Below, in pieces: positions 10,200 through 22,485 of a DNA stretch of 64,000 nt. Position 1 is the stretch's first letter, and the number at the start of each line of letters is the position of its first letter. Below the pieces are notes generated by a model. It searched no databases. It worked only from the letters and a program-made list of their open reading frames with translations, and was not told the origin of the DNA. The translations under genes were made by a program, and so were the position numbers. Source of the stretch: Psammoneis japonica (lineage: Eukaryota); the NCBI GenBank assembly GCA_008632985.1, contig QPGO01000032.1, positions 121,330 through 185,329 of the forward strand, read 5' to 3'.

Positions 10200-12130
10200 G
10201 GAGCTCGCACAACTTGTGCTGGAATCGAAAATTTCAAAAAATCAGGAGCGGAGAGCGGAGGCCGGGTTCGCATCTCATCGCATCACAAAATGACATCAAA
10301 ATGCATGCATGTGGCCTCCACAGAGAAGCAAAACCAGAAACAACTAGAGAAAGTGAGTGTCCTCCTTGCACCACCCATGAGGGCCAACAATCACACAGTG
10401 TTGTGCATTTCCATCAAGCCGCACTGACATCGAGCAATGCCTGCATGATGGGTGGCTCCTGTGGCATGGCTGCTGCAGGTTGTGGCACAGAGGTGATTGT
10501 CGTGGTGGCTCTCAGCCCTCACTCTCCTGGAGACAAGCTTGATCTCTTTCACACATGCCAAATGCCAGGTGCACTTGATGTGGTGTCACCAACCAGCAGG
10601 AGAGGAATGGCAACCGAGCAGCTCTGTCACACGCGGTGTTGCCAAGGAAGCGGTGCCTTGAGGCAGCAACTTTCCTCCACCAGTGTTCTCTGTGCAGCAG
10701 CACAGTCAGCTGACAGCCAACATGCTGTTGTGTTCTCTTTGACAACAGCAGAGAGTGCATGACACTGCTGGATTAAAAAACACAAGGTGTTGTTGTGCAA
10801 GGAGTTTGCAGCACAATGGCATGTGTCATCATTTTGCTGAGCTTGCAGCCCCCGACTGAGATGCTGCATCATCAGGAGATTTTGCTCTCTGTGGTGGGTT
10901 GAGGAACAAACAGAACCAACCCCCTTGCAAAACTGCAGATTGCAACAATTGTTTCCAAAGATGGAGAGGTTGGCGGACTCGAACTGCACGCGCTGGCACT
11001 GTCCCCCCACAGATGGCTGCTTGAAGCCAACAAACCGAGCACTTCAGCAGAGCTGAGGGCTTTGCAGGACTCTGAGGGAAAAATGGGCACATCATTCAAG
11101 ATTTGCACATTCTTGAAAAAGTGCACACTGGGCTGCACTTGTGTCTTGGGGAACATTCTCTGCAGGAACTTGGCATTCTTGGAGAATGCAAGTGGTGCAC
11201 CCTGAGGATCTGACACTGGCACCACACTCCTTGCTAGAAAAACAGAAAGCAGTGGGGTCAATGTCTTGTGGTGCTGTCATCTTGAGCCCAATGGTGATGA
11301 AAGGTCAGAGCCCAATGCCAGGTGCTTTGCTGGATCAACAAATGGAACAATGATCTTCTGCTGTCAAGTTTGTGGTGGGTTGACATCAGCGAAAGTTCCA
11401 CAGGATGAGGCACTCAAATGGGTGGCACAGAAGGCATTGATGTGGCTGGTGGCTTTGGGGTTGCTCTTGAAGCTGCAGACAGTTTGATGGGTGGCATTGT
11501 CACAGGAGCAGAGTGCCTGCACAACATCAGCAGTCTCGCTGGAGTCTCAACAGCCAAAATTAACTTTGTTGTGCCTTGTGCCTTGGTTTGGTGATGTCAA
11601 AGTGATCAGCAGCAACAGCTGCAACAATGTGGCTGGTGGTGGTCTGGTTGGCAGCATTGCAGTTGCAACAGTTGATGAGAGAGGCATCATCATTCAGAGC
11701 CACTTTGCAGCCAGAACAGTCTCAGGTGCCTCCCCATTTGTTCTTTGTGGCCTTGCTTTGGTGTCCCACCAGAGAGCATGGCGACACTCTCCACTTGTCA
11801 ATGACTGCTTTGACTCACATGTCTCCTCCAATTGGCTCCACTGAGTTGGCACCAAACAGAGAAAGAAACTTGGCTCATGCGCCCCACCAGTGCTTTCTCA
11901 ATCATGGCAATGAACCAATGATGAGTTGGGAAAGAAATTCCCGGACACTCAGCAAGAGCAAACACTCAATGCTGAGATGCTTCTCTCCTGTGTAGATGTG
12001 GGTGGACCTTGCAGCAGAAAGCAAATCAAGTCCATTCATCTGAACGAAGCCACAAGTGCTGCACCACCCAAGGGCACATTCTGTTAGATTTGACATGGGC
12101 CACATCCTGCACCCCATCTCACTTGTGGGG
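10200..12130 (-). mobile_element. Heavily degenerate retroelement fragment, probably a LINE with RNase H
   Basis: Fragments in different frames resemble RNase H motifs in the expected order: SSAEVLGLL (~RAExxG), LSIFGNN (~xIYCDN), GNTACDRAA (~NxxxDxLA). TpA and CpG nearly absent. Confidence 0.35.
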
Positions 12131-12744
12131 CAGGCTTGCCCAGAGTCACAAATGACTGTGCTGCTTCATGCACAAATGTCAAGTTTGCCAGAAACTGTGA
12201 AGACTGTGCAAATGTGCACATGGACACAGTGGACTCTCAACAAAATCAAACAACATCTGAACAGAACCAAGATTGGAATGTACAAAATGTCAAGCTTGAA
12301 GAATCCCTGGCACATGATTCAAAAAGCGATGCAGGCCAAGTGGTAGGTTGCGAAAAAGAAGCCTCTCACCATGATCCACATCATCAACGATGCTAAAGGT
12401 CTGTTGAATGCCTCAACAAGTAAAATTGATGACAAGGTTCGTTGGAAGCAGATGACGCCCGAACACCAGAAGAGAATCGGCGAAATCATCATTCAGACCG
12501 CGGCCCTCCTAGATCGATTGCGTGAAACAGCATTTTAAGAAGCAGATAGATATTAGCATCATGTTGTATATGATGGAGTGAATTCACTCGGCTTGGCAAT
12601 TGTAATCCTAGATGTGTTCACATGAAACCGTATGCAGAAGTATGTATTCGAAATCAATGTGGGCCAAGCCGTCCATCTCTTTCTAACTTTGGTCTACTTG
12701 CTTCACTTTTTGATTAAGCGTCGACCGACAGCCACTTTTCTAGC

Positions 12745-14232
12745 CTATCTAGTGTACAGTTTTGATTTCAGAACGGGGCCACCTGGAATGCTTGGATCAC
12801 TATCAACATGCTCCATCAAAAGAGCTGAATCCTCGCTTCCGGCTTCTGTCACGGATAACTTGTTTAGGAATCGGCAAAAGTCTTTGCTTTTCTCGGGATC
12901 AGCTTTCAGTGCGCGTAAGTTGGGACGCCAAATTTTGGATTTTGGTGTCCATCTCTCGAGCCGAAGACGATTCATAAATGTCGGGATAATTGAAAGTTGA
13001 CGGAACTGATCACCCTTGTAGTCAACAACAAAGATGCCACCAAGGCGATTGTATTTCTCCTCGCCGCGATTCTCAAACCCTTCGTAGTCATTTATCACGT
13101 CACCAGTTCCATAGAGAATGAGCTTGTTCTTATAGACTTCCATTCCTCGAGCGTGATGTGATGAGTGCCCGTAAATCAAATCCACGCCACACTCATCAAT
13201 CAGCCGATGCGCCAGCGTGCGTCGAGCAACCAACTGTTCGTTGTTTTCTCCTTTCAGTGCCCAATTTGGTCCCCAATGTATGGACAATACACGTAGCGCA
13301 CCATCGTCCATCTTGTTCAGGACTGGCTTCATTATGTTCAGCGCTTCCTTTGCAGCATTCTTCGTATAAATACCAGGAAGAGCAAGTACTCCGGATCCAC
13401 TTCCTGTTGCTCCCCAACTTGACGGTGTCCCAGAACATTCCGAAGAGAAGGCTACAATCTGGACTGTGCCACCCTGTTGGCAAGTTTTACTGTCCTCACT
13501 ACTTGCTGCGCTCTGTATGGGAACGGTCAGTGGCTTTTGCGTTTCTTGCAAATTTTCACCACATCCAACGGTAGCAAAGATATGTTCCTTCGCGTGCAAC
13601 GCCGGAAGCGTCTCTTCGTCTAGTGCTTTTCTTCCGTAGTCCATGCAGTGGTTGTTTGCATACGACACGACCACAGGCGATGGTGTCGAAGCGCCATGAG
13701 TCTGCCGCTGAAAGGCCATCATGGCAGGCTCGATATTGTCAATGTGAAAATGATACCGAATCCCCTTCCACATGGGAACATCAGAGTTATGAATCGACCT
13801 TGTCACCGCAGTTTCGAGATTGAGTATGCGAATATCCGGAGGAGGCGTCATGGTGAATGACGGACTCAAGTAATCTCCCCAAAGGTACTGTCCATTTTGA
13901 TTCTGCGTCCGGATCTCTTCGAGAGACGGATCATGCTTGTGGCCGGACGGATGATTCAAAGCCATTCCCACATAATGAGACGCCGAACAACTATCCATGA
14001 TCTCCTCTTCACCAGGAGCCTGTACAGGGAAGGAGAGCTGCACCGCTCGCCCCAGCATGTTGTCACCGCCATGAAAGAGGAGACGAATCGGCGACTGATC
14101 ATTCGGGGGTGTTTTCGACATGGCAGAAAACGAAAGAGAGGCGCAAGAACCCAGCAATCCAGAAACAAACACTCGAGCAAACTGGGATCTCGGTAGTAAA
14201 TAGGATGACGCGGCAAAACAGCAGAAGTGCAT
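12745..14232 (-). CDS. CapA/PGA_cap-family metallophosphatase (poly-gamma-glutamate synthesis protein-like)
   Basis: Intronless 495-aa ORF with GGDNMLGR, NLET, ANNHCMDYG, SIHWGPNW, GHSSHH and LILYGTGD. Alternative start at 14121 (MSKTPP). Confidence 0.85.
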   Translation of the reverse strand: MHFCCFAASSYLLPRSQFARVFVSGLLGSCASLSFSAMSKTPPNDQSPIRLLFHGGDNMLGRAVQLSFPVQAPGEEEIMDSCSASHYVGMALNHPSGHKHDPSLEEIRTQNQNGQYLWGDYLSPSFTMTPPPDIRILNLETAVTRSIHNSDVPMWKGIRYHFHIDNIEPAMMAFQRQTHGASTPSPVVVSYANNHCMDYGRKALDEETLPALHAKEHIFATVGCGENLQETQKPLTVPIQSAASSEDSKTCQQGGTVQIVAFSSECSGTPSSWGATGSGSGVLALPGIYTKNAAKEALNIMKPVLNKMDDGALRVLSIHWGPNWALKGENNEQLVARRTLAHRLIDECGVDLIYGHSSHHARGMEVYKNKLILYGTGDVINDYEGFENRGEEKYNRLGGIFVVDYKGDQFRQLSIIPTFMNRLRLERWTPKSKIWRPNLRALKADPEKSKDFCRFLNKLSVTEAGSEDSALLMEHVDSDPSIPGGPVLKSKLYTR

Positions 14233-14386
14233 AGGCGGAAGAGCGATGATGGCTGCAATAAATGGGAAGGTAGTGCCATCAAGATGTAATCAATCGTGTT
14301 GATGCGTCGTGATTTGAGAACCCGTGACGGGAGGTCTGTCAGTCATCCTACAGTAATCAACCTGTGCGCTTCCTTTCCCGTCCATC

Positions 14387-15520
14387 TCACGGATCGTTGA
14401 AGGATGACAAAAAGTCCAATAGCTCCTTCTTTGAACACTTCTCCGAAAGTTTTGACCGCCTTTTCTCTCTTTTTGGTTTTGGTCCCCGTCGTTCTTTCTT
14501 GGTCGGCGGCCTTGGTTTTCCTCCAACTGCGATGAAATCAGCAGAGGTGTCGATACCTTTTCTTACTGGCTTCTTTGGAGCTTTCTTTGAGACAGGCGGA
14601 GGATCTTTTTGCGTCTGTTTCTTGGCAGCAAGACCCTTGATTTTTCGTTTTGTGCCACATGATCCGCACGTGTACACAATGACGTTTCGACACAAGCCGT
14701 CCGTCACTTGAAAAAGATCGTTGTTCTGAGAAGCATCATTCGTACCGCCCTCCGGGTCGTTTTTATTCCACTGGCGTCCTCCCTTTATAGAACTCTGTTG
14801 CTTTTCACGAAATTGAGCAGCCTGTACAGAAGATCAAATAAAATGTTTAGAAGCGCGTCGTTCGCGTTAGAACAGTCGTTCTGGCTGGAGAAAAAGAACC
14901 TTTATTCAGCAGAGCGGTGTGCTGTGTGCTACTGCGACGTAGTGTACCTTTTTTCTTGAAGCTCGTCGACGCCTTGTCCTTCCTCTTCCAAGAGGCCGTA
15001 GTCTAACTGTAGTTCCGTTATATCCTGGCTGTAACCAAGAGCCACATCCAACGCAATGGACATTGAATGGTGATGTTCTCATATCTGGAGTTTCTGAATC
15101 TTCGAGAAAGGATGCAGATGCACGTGCCTCATTCATAGTCTCGCTATCGAGAAAGAGACTCTTTTGACCCAAGTGCTGTTCCATATTCTTGAACATATCG
15201 ACTCCATCCTGGTCTTTCCCTTCTCCCGACGCGTTTGAAAGAAAAAAGCATGCTTGTCTTCGATATGCCGCTGCAGCTTCCTGTACCTCCGTGTCATTCA
15301 TGACCGTCGTGTATCTTTCTTTCAACTCGGATGCGTCTCGTCTCTTAAAGCCACGCTTGCTGACCAAATGGATACTCAACGAAAGAGGCTCGGGTAAGGG
15401 TTTCCATTCTGGAACGAGAATCACGTTTGGACACACCGCCGCCATGGCCTCGCCGTGCCGTCGCGTCCGTCGATCGCGCGCGTCGAACGGTCGCCGGTCG
15501 AACCCTTGACGGAGCGACAT
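14387..15520 (-). CDS. Rpr2/Rpp21/Snm1-like RNase P/MRP zinc-ribbon subunit; exons 15520-14948 and 14821-14387
   Basis: CVGCGSWLQPG.N.TTVR...VYTCGSCG matches the two-CxxC Rpp21 pattern. A phase-0 GT-AG intron at 14947-14822 joins the two ORFs in frame. Basic C-terminal tail. Confidence 0.65.
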
Positions 15521-15813
15521 TTTATTTTTTGTAGCCCTACTACCTATGAAATGCTCTGTAAATTTCTACGTGTTTTTATATAATCAGTCACTTATCTTTA
15601 ATTGCGTAAAATGATTATGTTTGGGTATGTATAAATTTCAAATTCAGAAATGGCGGTTGAAGTTTGCTCCTTTCCGTTACCTTTTTGTGAGAGGTTCTCA
15701 CAAAACAACGATCACTTTTTTTGTTGACAGATTTTTGTTGCATTCGACGAAGACAATCACCACCCGCAACACTGAGAACGCAAGGCTGTTGATAGAGCTA
15801 TCGACACAAGACC

Positions 15814-18800
15814 ATGCCGCTGGCTAGCAGTCTCAAATCCACTAAAGAGGCCAGGAAAGCGCGTCTCGAAGCGAGTCTCAATGACTCAACGCCATTGACC
15901 GAGCGCTGGGAAAAAGAAGGCAAGCAAAAGAGCCTCAAAGAACGCAAGCGTCGACAAAGCCTTGGAGTAACCCCCGCTAGGAAGCGTCCCTTCTTGGGAT
16001 CTCCCACCAGTGCCACCAACAAGGAGAATAACCAGACGGGTAGCAAGAGCCGGCGCAGTTCTTCCGGGGTCAGTACATATTTAATTCAGCAACTGTTGTC
16101 ACCTTTCAATCGTGCAATCGGACCATTCTGTACTGTATCTAACTTCTGTTTCTTACCATTGTCGCCGGTATTCCCTCAAACAATATCTTTAGGTCAAGAA
16201 GGATGTTGGCTTTATGAGGACGGAGCCAATCATCACTAGGTCCGCGACCAAGAAGAAGCGGCGACAGCTGCTTCCTCCCGGTGATTCATTCGTGGACAAG
16301 AGCAATGCAAGCGCATCCCTCATTTTCTCTCCACCCAACCAAAAGAACAATGAAGAGCGCGAAGAAAAGAAGCTCAAGGGTCGTCTGAGTGCTCGGTAAG
16401 TTGTATGTCGTCACTTCGCATCGACTAGACTTTCACAGTACAGTATTGATATGATACTCACTCCACCCGAATCTCATTGATCAATTCTCATTTTGCAGCG
16501 ACTCACGAATCGGAAAAGCAAAGGACAATGGTCAACGCCTCGTATACGACCGATTTGGCAAGCTCGTTGAGGGAACACTTGCAGGCTCTCCAGAGAAAGA
16601 GGATCAGTCTCCACTTGAAGTACAGGTAGAGCAGTGCGACGCTTCTTTTGAGTCAAAGCTGACGGAAAGATCGAGTACTGCGACCACCGATGATCTTATG
16701 CGAGTCCTTGTGAATGTAAAGGAATCAATCGATTCTTCGCAGAAGGGAACTATGGACTCACAGGAAGCACAGACATTGAAGCTTGAATTGGAAGCTCAAA
16801 GGGCTCGTGGTGGAGAGCTGGAGGAAGCCAAGAAGCATCTTGAAATCGAGAATCGTCAGCTGGCGGATGCAGTCGCATCTGCGAAAGAGATTTACCTCTC
16901 TGATAAAGGGCATCTCGAGGGAGAACTGGAAGCAGTCAAGCGAGAATCGTCTCGTCTAGTGGAGGAGTATGAAGCCTCTAGAACGAGACTTGAGCAACGC
17001 ATCGAAGACTTGTCCGGGGAGAAGGCAGAATTGGACAAGAAAGTATCGGTGCTTAAACAAAAGCTTGAGTCCAGTCATGATGAGCTTACTACTCAGAAGC
17101 AGCTGGTGGAAAACTTACAATCTAATACTAAGGACCAGCATGAAACGTTGACGGAGGAGTTGAGTCGACGTGAAGAGATTTGCGCTCAGCTCGAAGATCA
17201 GCTTGAAGGAGAACATCATCGAGTTGCGGAACTGACTAAGGAATTGGAAGAATGCCATCGTAATTTGGCTGAGCTGAACAACAAGGTTGTGCCCGGGCTC
17301 GAAGCTCAGTTGCAGGACACAAGAAACGCTCTGCAGAAGCAACAGGACGCGGCAGTCGAGGCGGAAAACGAGGTTGCCGCGAAACAAGCCACCATCGAGA
17401 AGCTCTCGTCAGACTTGGATGCTACGAAAGAGAGTTTGGAAGAAGAACGGCTGGAGTTTCAGAGCCTGAATGAAACAAGCACAAAGGCATATGGCAGGAT
17501 TTCCAATGAATTGCGCGAGGCCAAAGAAGAAAGAGATGCCTTGTCGGAGCAGCTGGGAGTAAAGGCCAACGAAGTTGAAGAAAAAGAGGAGGAACTCATC
17601 GTCTTGATTGATGCTCTTGACAAGGAGAAGGAATCCGCTACACAGCTTGGCGAAGAACTTCGTGTTCATCAGGAGGAGTCCGGGGTATTACGAGAGGACC
17701 TGGAGCAAGCACGGTTGTGTTCATCGAAGTTGGGAGAAGACCTCCAAACCCTCCAGGGTGAATTTGAAACCTTGCAAGGTGAGCTTACGGAAAAGGAGAA
17801 TAGCAGGGTGGCTTTGGAAGAAAGTCTCAGCGAAAAAGAACGCGAATCTGATACTCTACGTGATAGTCTAAAGGAAGCTGAAGAGCGTATCAAGGCACTA
17901 CAGCAGAATCTAGAGGAGGCGCATGAGCAAATTGACGAGTTGTCCGCCAAAAATCGTGAAGCAGTTTCGAATTGCACCGAGACGTCCAACGCGCTGGAGC
18001 GGCTCAAGGTTGAGCTAGAAGCGGCGGAGGCACGTATTCGTCAATTGGAGGATGATCTCCGTAGCCGACAACTTCGTGTTGACGATCTAGAGAAAGGCCT
18101 CAAATTCTCAGTTCAGCAGCGAGAAGATATGAAAGACCGTATGGAGAACTTCGACGCTGTTGAGGAAGATCTCCTGACTCGGCTTCAAGAGAGTGAGAGG
18201 ATTCGTCGAACTCTACACAATCGCGTCATTCAGCTATGTGGCAACATGCGCGTCTTTGTACGAATTCGCCCCGTGCTTGAGCATGAAACTCAAGGAGTAG
18301 TCAAATCTGTTCCAGCCAGGCGAAGCAGTACTCCGACAGGCCGTGGTATGAAAAGAAAAGCTGAGGAACGGGTTCAGTTGGAAGGCCCTTTTAGCTACCA
18401 CGGCGTTTCGACCTCGGATGGCGTAGGGCGGAGCATCATTCGAATCATCAAGCCACCGGAGGACAGGGGTGGACTTTCCGAACGGATCACGTCTCACGAT
18501 TTCCATCTGGATCATGTCTTTGGACCGGAAGACAGTCAGGAAGACATCTTTGCCGCAGCTGATCCTCTCATTCAGAGCGCTGTGGACGGGTACAATGTGG
18601 CTCTATTTGCTTACGGTCAAACTGGTAGCGGAAAGTAAGTACAAGTGGGTTGCAGTATTATCAGAGTGTTACAATGTTTCGGAATCTTACGCAGCCTTTG
18701 CTATCTGTCTCTCTTCTGTAGGACTCACACGATGTTGGGCGATGCAGACAATGAAGGTATCGTAGGGCGGTCAATCAACAAAATGTTTGAGGCGAAGCAT

Positions 18801-19533
18801 AGCATGGAAGCCCTTTCGAGAGGCAAGACTAAGGTTTCGGTCTCAGTCGAGGTCCTAGAAATTTACAACGAAGAAGTCTTTGATCTCCTGGCCTCGAAGA
18901 TGGGTGAAAAGTTGGAAATACGGGGAAACCAGGTGGAAGGAAATGTGCAACTGTCTGCCAGCAGCGAAGATGATGTCATGTATGCTCTAGACCTTGCTCA
19001 GGAGCGTAGATGTGTCAAGGCTACCAAGTCCAACTCCCAAAGCTCTCGTAGTCATTTGCTCTTCACCATTAACTTCGTGGTCGAAACACAGGATGGGTCT
19101 GAAAGCAGGGGAAAGCTCCACATTTGCGATCTCGCGGGAAGTGAACGCTTGAAGCAAAGTGGATCCCTAGTAAGTGCTCCATGCTGACAAATTTCTCCTA
19201 CAGTATTGTTTTTGCTCCCTAATTGTGGACTAACCAGTTGGCTTCAATTGATAACAGGGACAGCGTCTAAAGGAAACCCAGAGCATCAATTCTTCGCTAC
19301 TTGTCCTCCAGAACGTGATTAAGAGTCTCCAAGATGGAGAGCAGCATGTACCGTACCGTGAGTCCAAGCTCACTTCTATTTTGCAGAATAGCCTTGGCGG
19401 CAATTCCAAAACTTTGGCTATCGTGTGCTGCAACCCACTCTCTTCGCATTATCAGGAGAGTCTACAGACGTTGAAGTTTGCCCAAAATGCAAGCAAGATT
19501 GAGCTCAAAGCCAAAGCCAATTTCACTTGCTAA
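15814..19533 (+). CDS. Kinesin-14 (C-terminal motor; Ncd/Kar3/KIFC1-like); introns 16069-16192, 16396-16498, 18635-18721, 19170-19257
   Basis: Long coiled coil, neck RRTLHNRVIQLCGNMRVFVRIRP, P-loop AYGQTGSGK|THTM, switch I NSQSSRSH, switch II DLAGSER and HVPYRESKLT. Splicing the four GT-AG introns keeps the frame. Confidence 0.92.
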
Positions 19534-19666
19534 GTTGCTTTCGTAGCAAACGAATATCAGGGAACGCTCTCTAGAAAGCCATTAGAGAGATTTTAGGAAC
19601 TACTCGAGGGAAGGAATAAGCTTTTAGAAAGACTTTTCATGTTCAATTAGACTACTATCGCTTGTC

Positions 19667-21611
19667 TCAAATGTCTAGATCATCCTCGTTCCAGCCTTCT
19701 TGTCGACCTTCAGCAGGCGGTGGAGAAGAAGAAACTTCTTGATCTACATCTGCCGTGCTTTCGGGAACAATATCTGGCGTGGCTCTTCCGGTAGTAGCAT
19801 CTTGTTGCTGCTCATCTTGATTCGCCTCGGTCCGTTCTGTTTCCCCTCCTTGGTCTACATCTTCAACTGCTTCTGTCTGTTCAGTTTCCTCCTCTTGCTC
19901 TACCTCCTCTTCCGTATCCTGTATGGTAACTTCTTCCTTCTTGGGAAGAATTCTCTTGGCAGACTCAAAGTCACCCAATGCCACCTCGAGTGATGCACGC
20001 ATGTATGGCTCCATCACCTCGCCAAAGACTGTCTTGTATTCTGCCGCCAACTCTCGCAACTGCGCAGCCTCTCCACGCAAACCAGGCGTCAAGACTGCCC
20101 GTTCATGTGTCTGCAATACAGACTCCACCTGCGCCATTACCTCTGTAAGTGCATCTCGAAGCCGGGCAAAAATGCCTGGAAAGAGGCACCGCCGCAGCTC
20201 GTTTAAACCCGTCAAGTAGGAATTTAAAAAGCGTGCCAAGGGCGGTAATGCCAAGAGCTGACGGGGTGGTGCCGGAGGAGTATCGTCTTGGACGTACGGC
20301 ATTGTCTCATTTCCTGTCGTGGCCGTGTTGCTCTTCAAAGGCGACGCGACACCGGCTTCACGGCATACACGCAGGGTTTCTTCCAACGATGCAACACCTT
20401 CGGACCAATGTCCCACCACTAGAGCCAACATTCGAGGCTCAAGCAAGGGCGGTAGCAGCGCTTCAAAGTCGGCACCCAACCGTCCCATGGATGTAGCTAA
20501 AAAGACACAGGCTTCCAAGGCATCCCTCAAGGACGCTGTATCTGTCATTTTATCCAACTGAACCGACAACATGGTCAAGAAGGAATGGACTCGACGAGTC
20601 GTCCACATGGCCAAGAGAGACGAGGACGATTTGCTTTTCGCTCCAGCGGACGCACGGAAAATGGCGAGGAATTGAGTAGCAATCTCAAAGCAACTGAAAG
20701 AGGGAAACAGAGAGGAATAGTTAGCAAACTAGTAGGTTTACTCGAACAACAACAAGAACAAAGAAGAAGCTCATATGAATGACTTACCGTGTACGATAAC
20801 GCTCAATCGAGTCCAACAAGTGTTCCGACGACGAAGATGCCTGCATCAATGCTGATTTTTTCTTCTCGTTTGGGTCTGCCGACGAATCCAACCAAGCGTC
20901 TCTGGCCTCGAGGAAATCCACTTGCAACCTTAATTCCATAGCCGCATGGATACGTTCCAGATTGACATTGGCTTGTTGATGTCCCTGTCGTTCCAGATCA
21001 ATCGAATTCAATCGTCTCAGCGCAGTCACCACTTCTAGGCACTGAGGCATGGTGACGTGTCCTTTCAACCGATGCAACAAGTGTCTCGTCAAATCGGCTT
21101 GACGAGACCGAATCTGCGCAATGACTCGTGCCACCACAGCCACTGCCGACTTTTCCTCATCTCCTTCTTCTTCTTGATTGTTTGATACAATACCATGACG
21201 TCGTTCCAGTGTGTTGGCAAAGGCCGCAATACTCAGAGCTTGTTCATAGAGATTCGATCTAACACAAGCATCCATAAGCGACGGGAGTTCCAACAATTCC
21301 AAGAGCGACGAGTGCTGTAACAGGGTCCTTCGACGTACACGATGACGCTCTGATACTTCCGCCAAGGCCTTGGCTTCTTCTTGCGACGGATCCAACGAGA
21401 CTTGTGCGTGAGACACTTGTGGCTCTGCCGACTTGGAGGATGTTACGAGACGTTCCAACGCTTCACAGAGGTTCGTCTCGCGGCGTTCGACCGACACAAA
21501 GGCACCCGCATTCGAAGCACAGAGCGACTGAAGCTTTTCTTCAGCGGCATCGAGTGCCGCCTTGGCCACGAGGCGTTCGTCAACCTGTGTGCCGTAGCCT
21601 TCCAATGTCAT
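19667..21611 (-). CDS. COG8: Conserved oligomeric Golgi complex subunit 8 (Dor1); intron 20787-20694
   Basis: LLELLELPSLMDACVRSNLYEQAL, IERYRTR|CFEIATQF, SMGRLGADF and PPLARFLNSYLTGLNELR match COG8 motifs. The intron restores the frame. ATG at 21611. Confidence 0.85.
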
Positions 21612-21789
21612 GGTCAAATTGTGTTTTTCTCTTTTTGTGCCGACGACTTCGCAGAATGACTGAGCAACATCTGAAAGGCGAACGGTACGTTGAATACAGA
21701 AATTTAGAGTATTCTCATAGTTCATAATAATGAAAAAACCACATTTTTTGATGAAAGAGTACGGGCGATGATCAGACTGAGACCTGCCG

Positions 21790-22170
21790 GAATAGACTAA
21801 TCTAGAGACTAATCATGCTGAACTGTACAGTAGTCTATTCTCTCTCTAGAGCTACTAGAGTAGTAGCTACTACTAGCTACTAGAGAGTGTGTCGCCAGTC
21901 ACCAGGACCTCCCAGTTAGAGTCGGGAGTGAGAAGAGAGTAGGGCCCTAGAGGCTCTACATTAAGTAGAGAGAGTTCTAGCTAGAGTAGCTAGCTCTAAT
22001 AAGCTCTAGCTCTACTTACTCAAGTAGAGAGGGCCTCTAGAGTAGAGAGTAGGGCCCTATATTCAGATGAAGTGACACTGTGCCGGTAGAGGGAGTACTC
22101 TAGGAGCTAGCTAGAGCTAGCACCGGTAATACTAACATCACTCTATAATGCGGTCGGTAGTATGTACAGT
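21790..22170. other. Second CTAG/AGCT-rich low-complexity island
   Basis: Same vocabulary as 6471-6785: GCTAGCTAG, TAGAGAG, GAGAGGGCCT and CTAGCACCGGTA. AGTAGGGCCCT occurs twice. Confidence 0.6.
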
Positions 22171-22485
22171 AGTGATTGATGATATTCAGATGTACCCTAG
22201 GCGGTGAAGTTGAGATTGGTGAATGAGGTCTCGGGTCAAAACTTGGTAATTGTCATGATTGGCATCTTGGGCAAATTCGTGTGGTACATGCTGGCCGGGC
22301 ATAGCACTGCAAATTATCTACGGTAATGATTGGCAGATTTCGCGTTGTGAAAGATTATCTGTGATTATAAATATGAATTTCCGCACAAAATTCACTGTTT
22401 GCCTTAACTCCTAGGGCCCTACAGTACGTAAGTTGGTGCCGGATGGTTTTGTGATGGGGAATGTATCAATTGGTCGGGGTTCAGT

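Noticed and set aside
12136..12540. Possible truncated 3' end of a host gene at the TE edge
   Set aside because: Needs a frameshift and has no recognisable domain.
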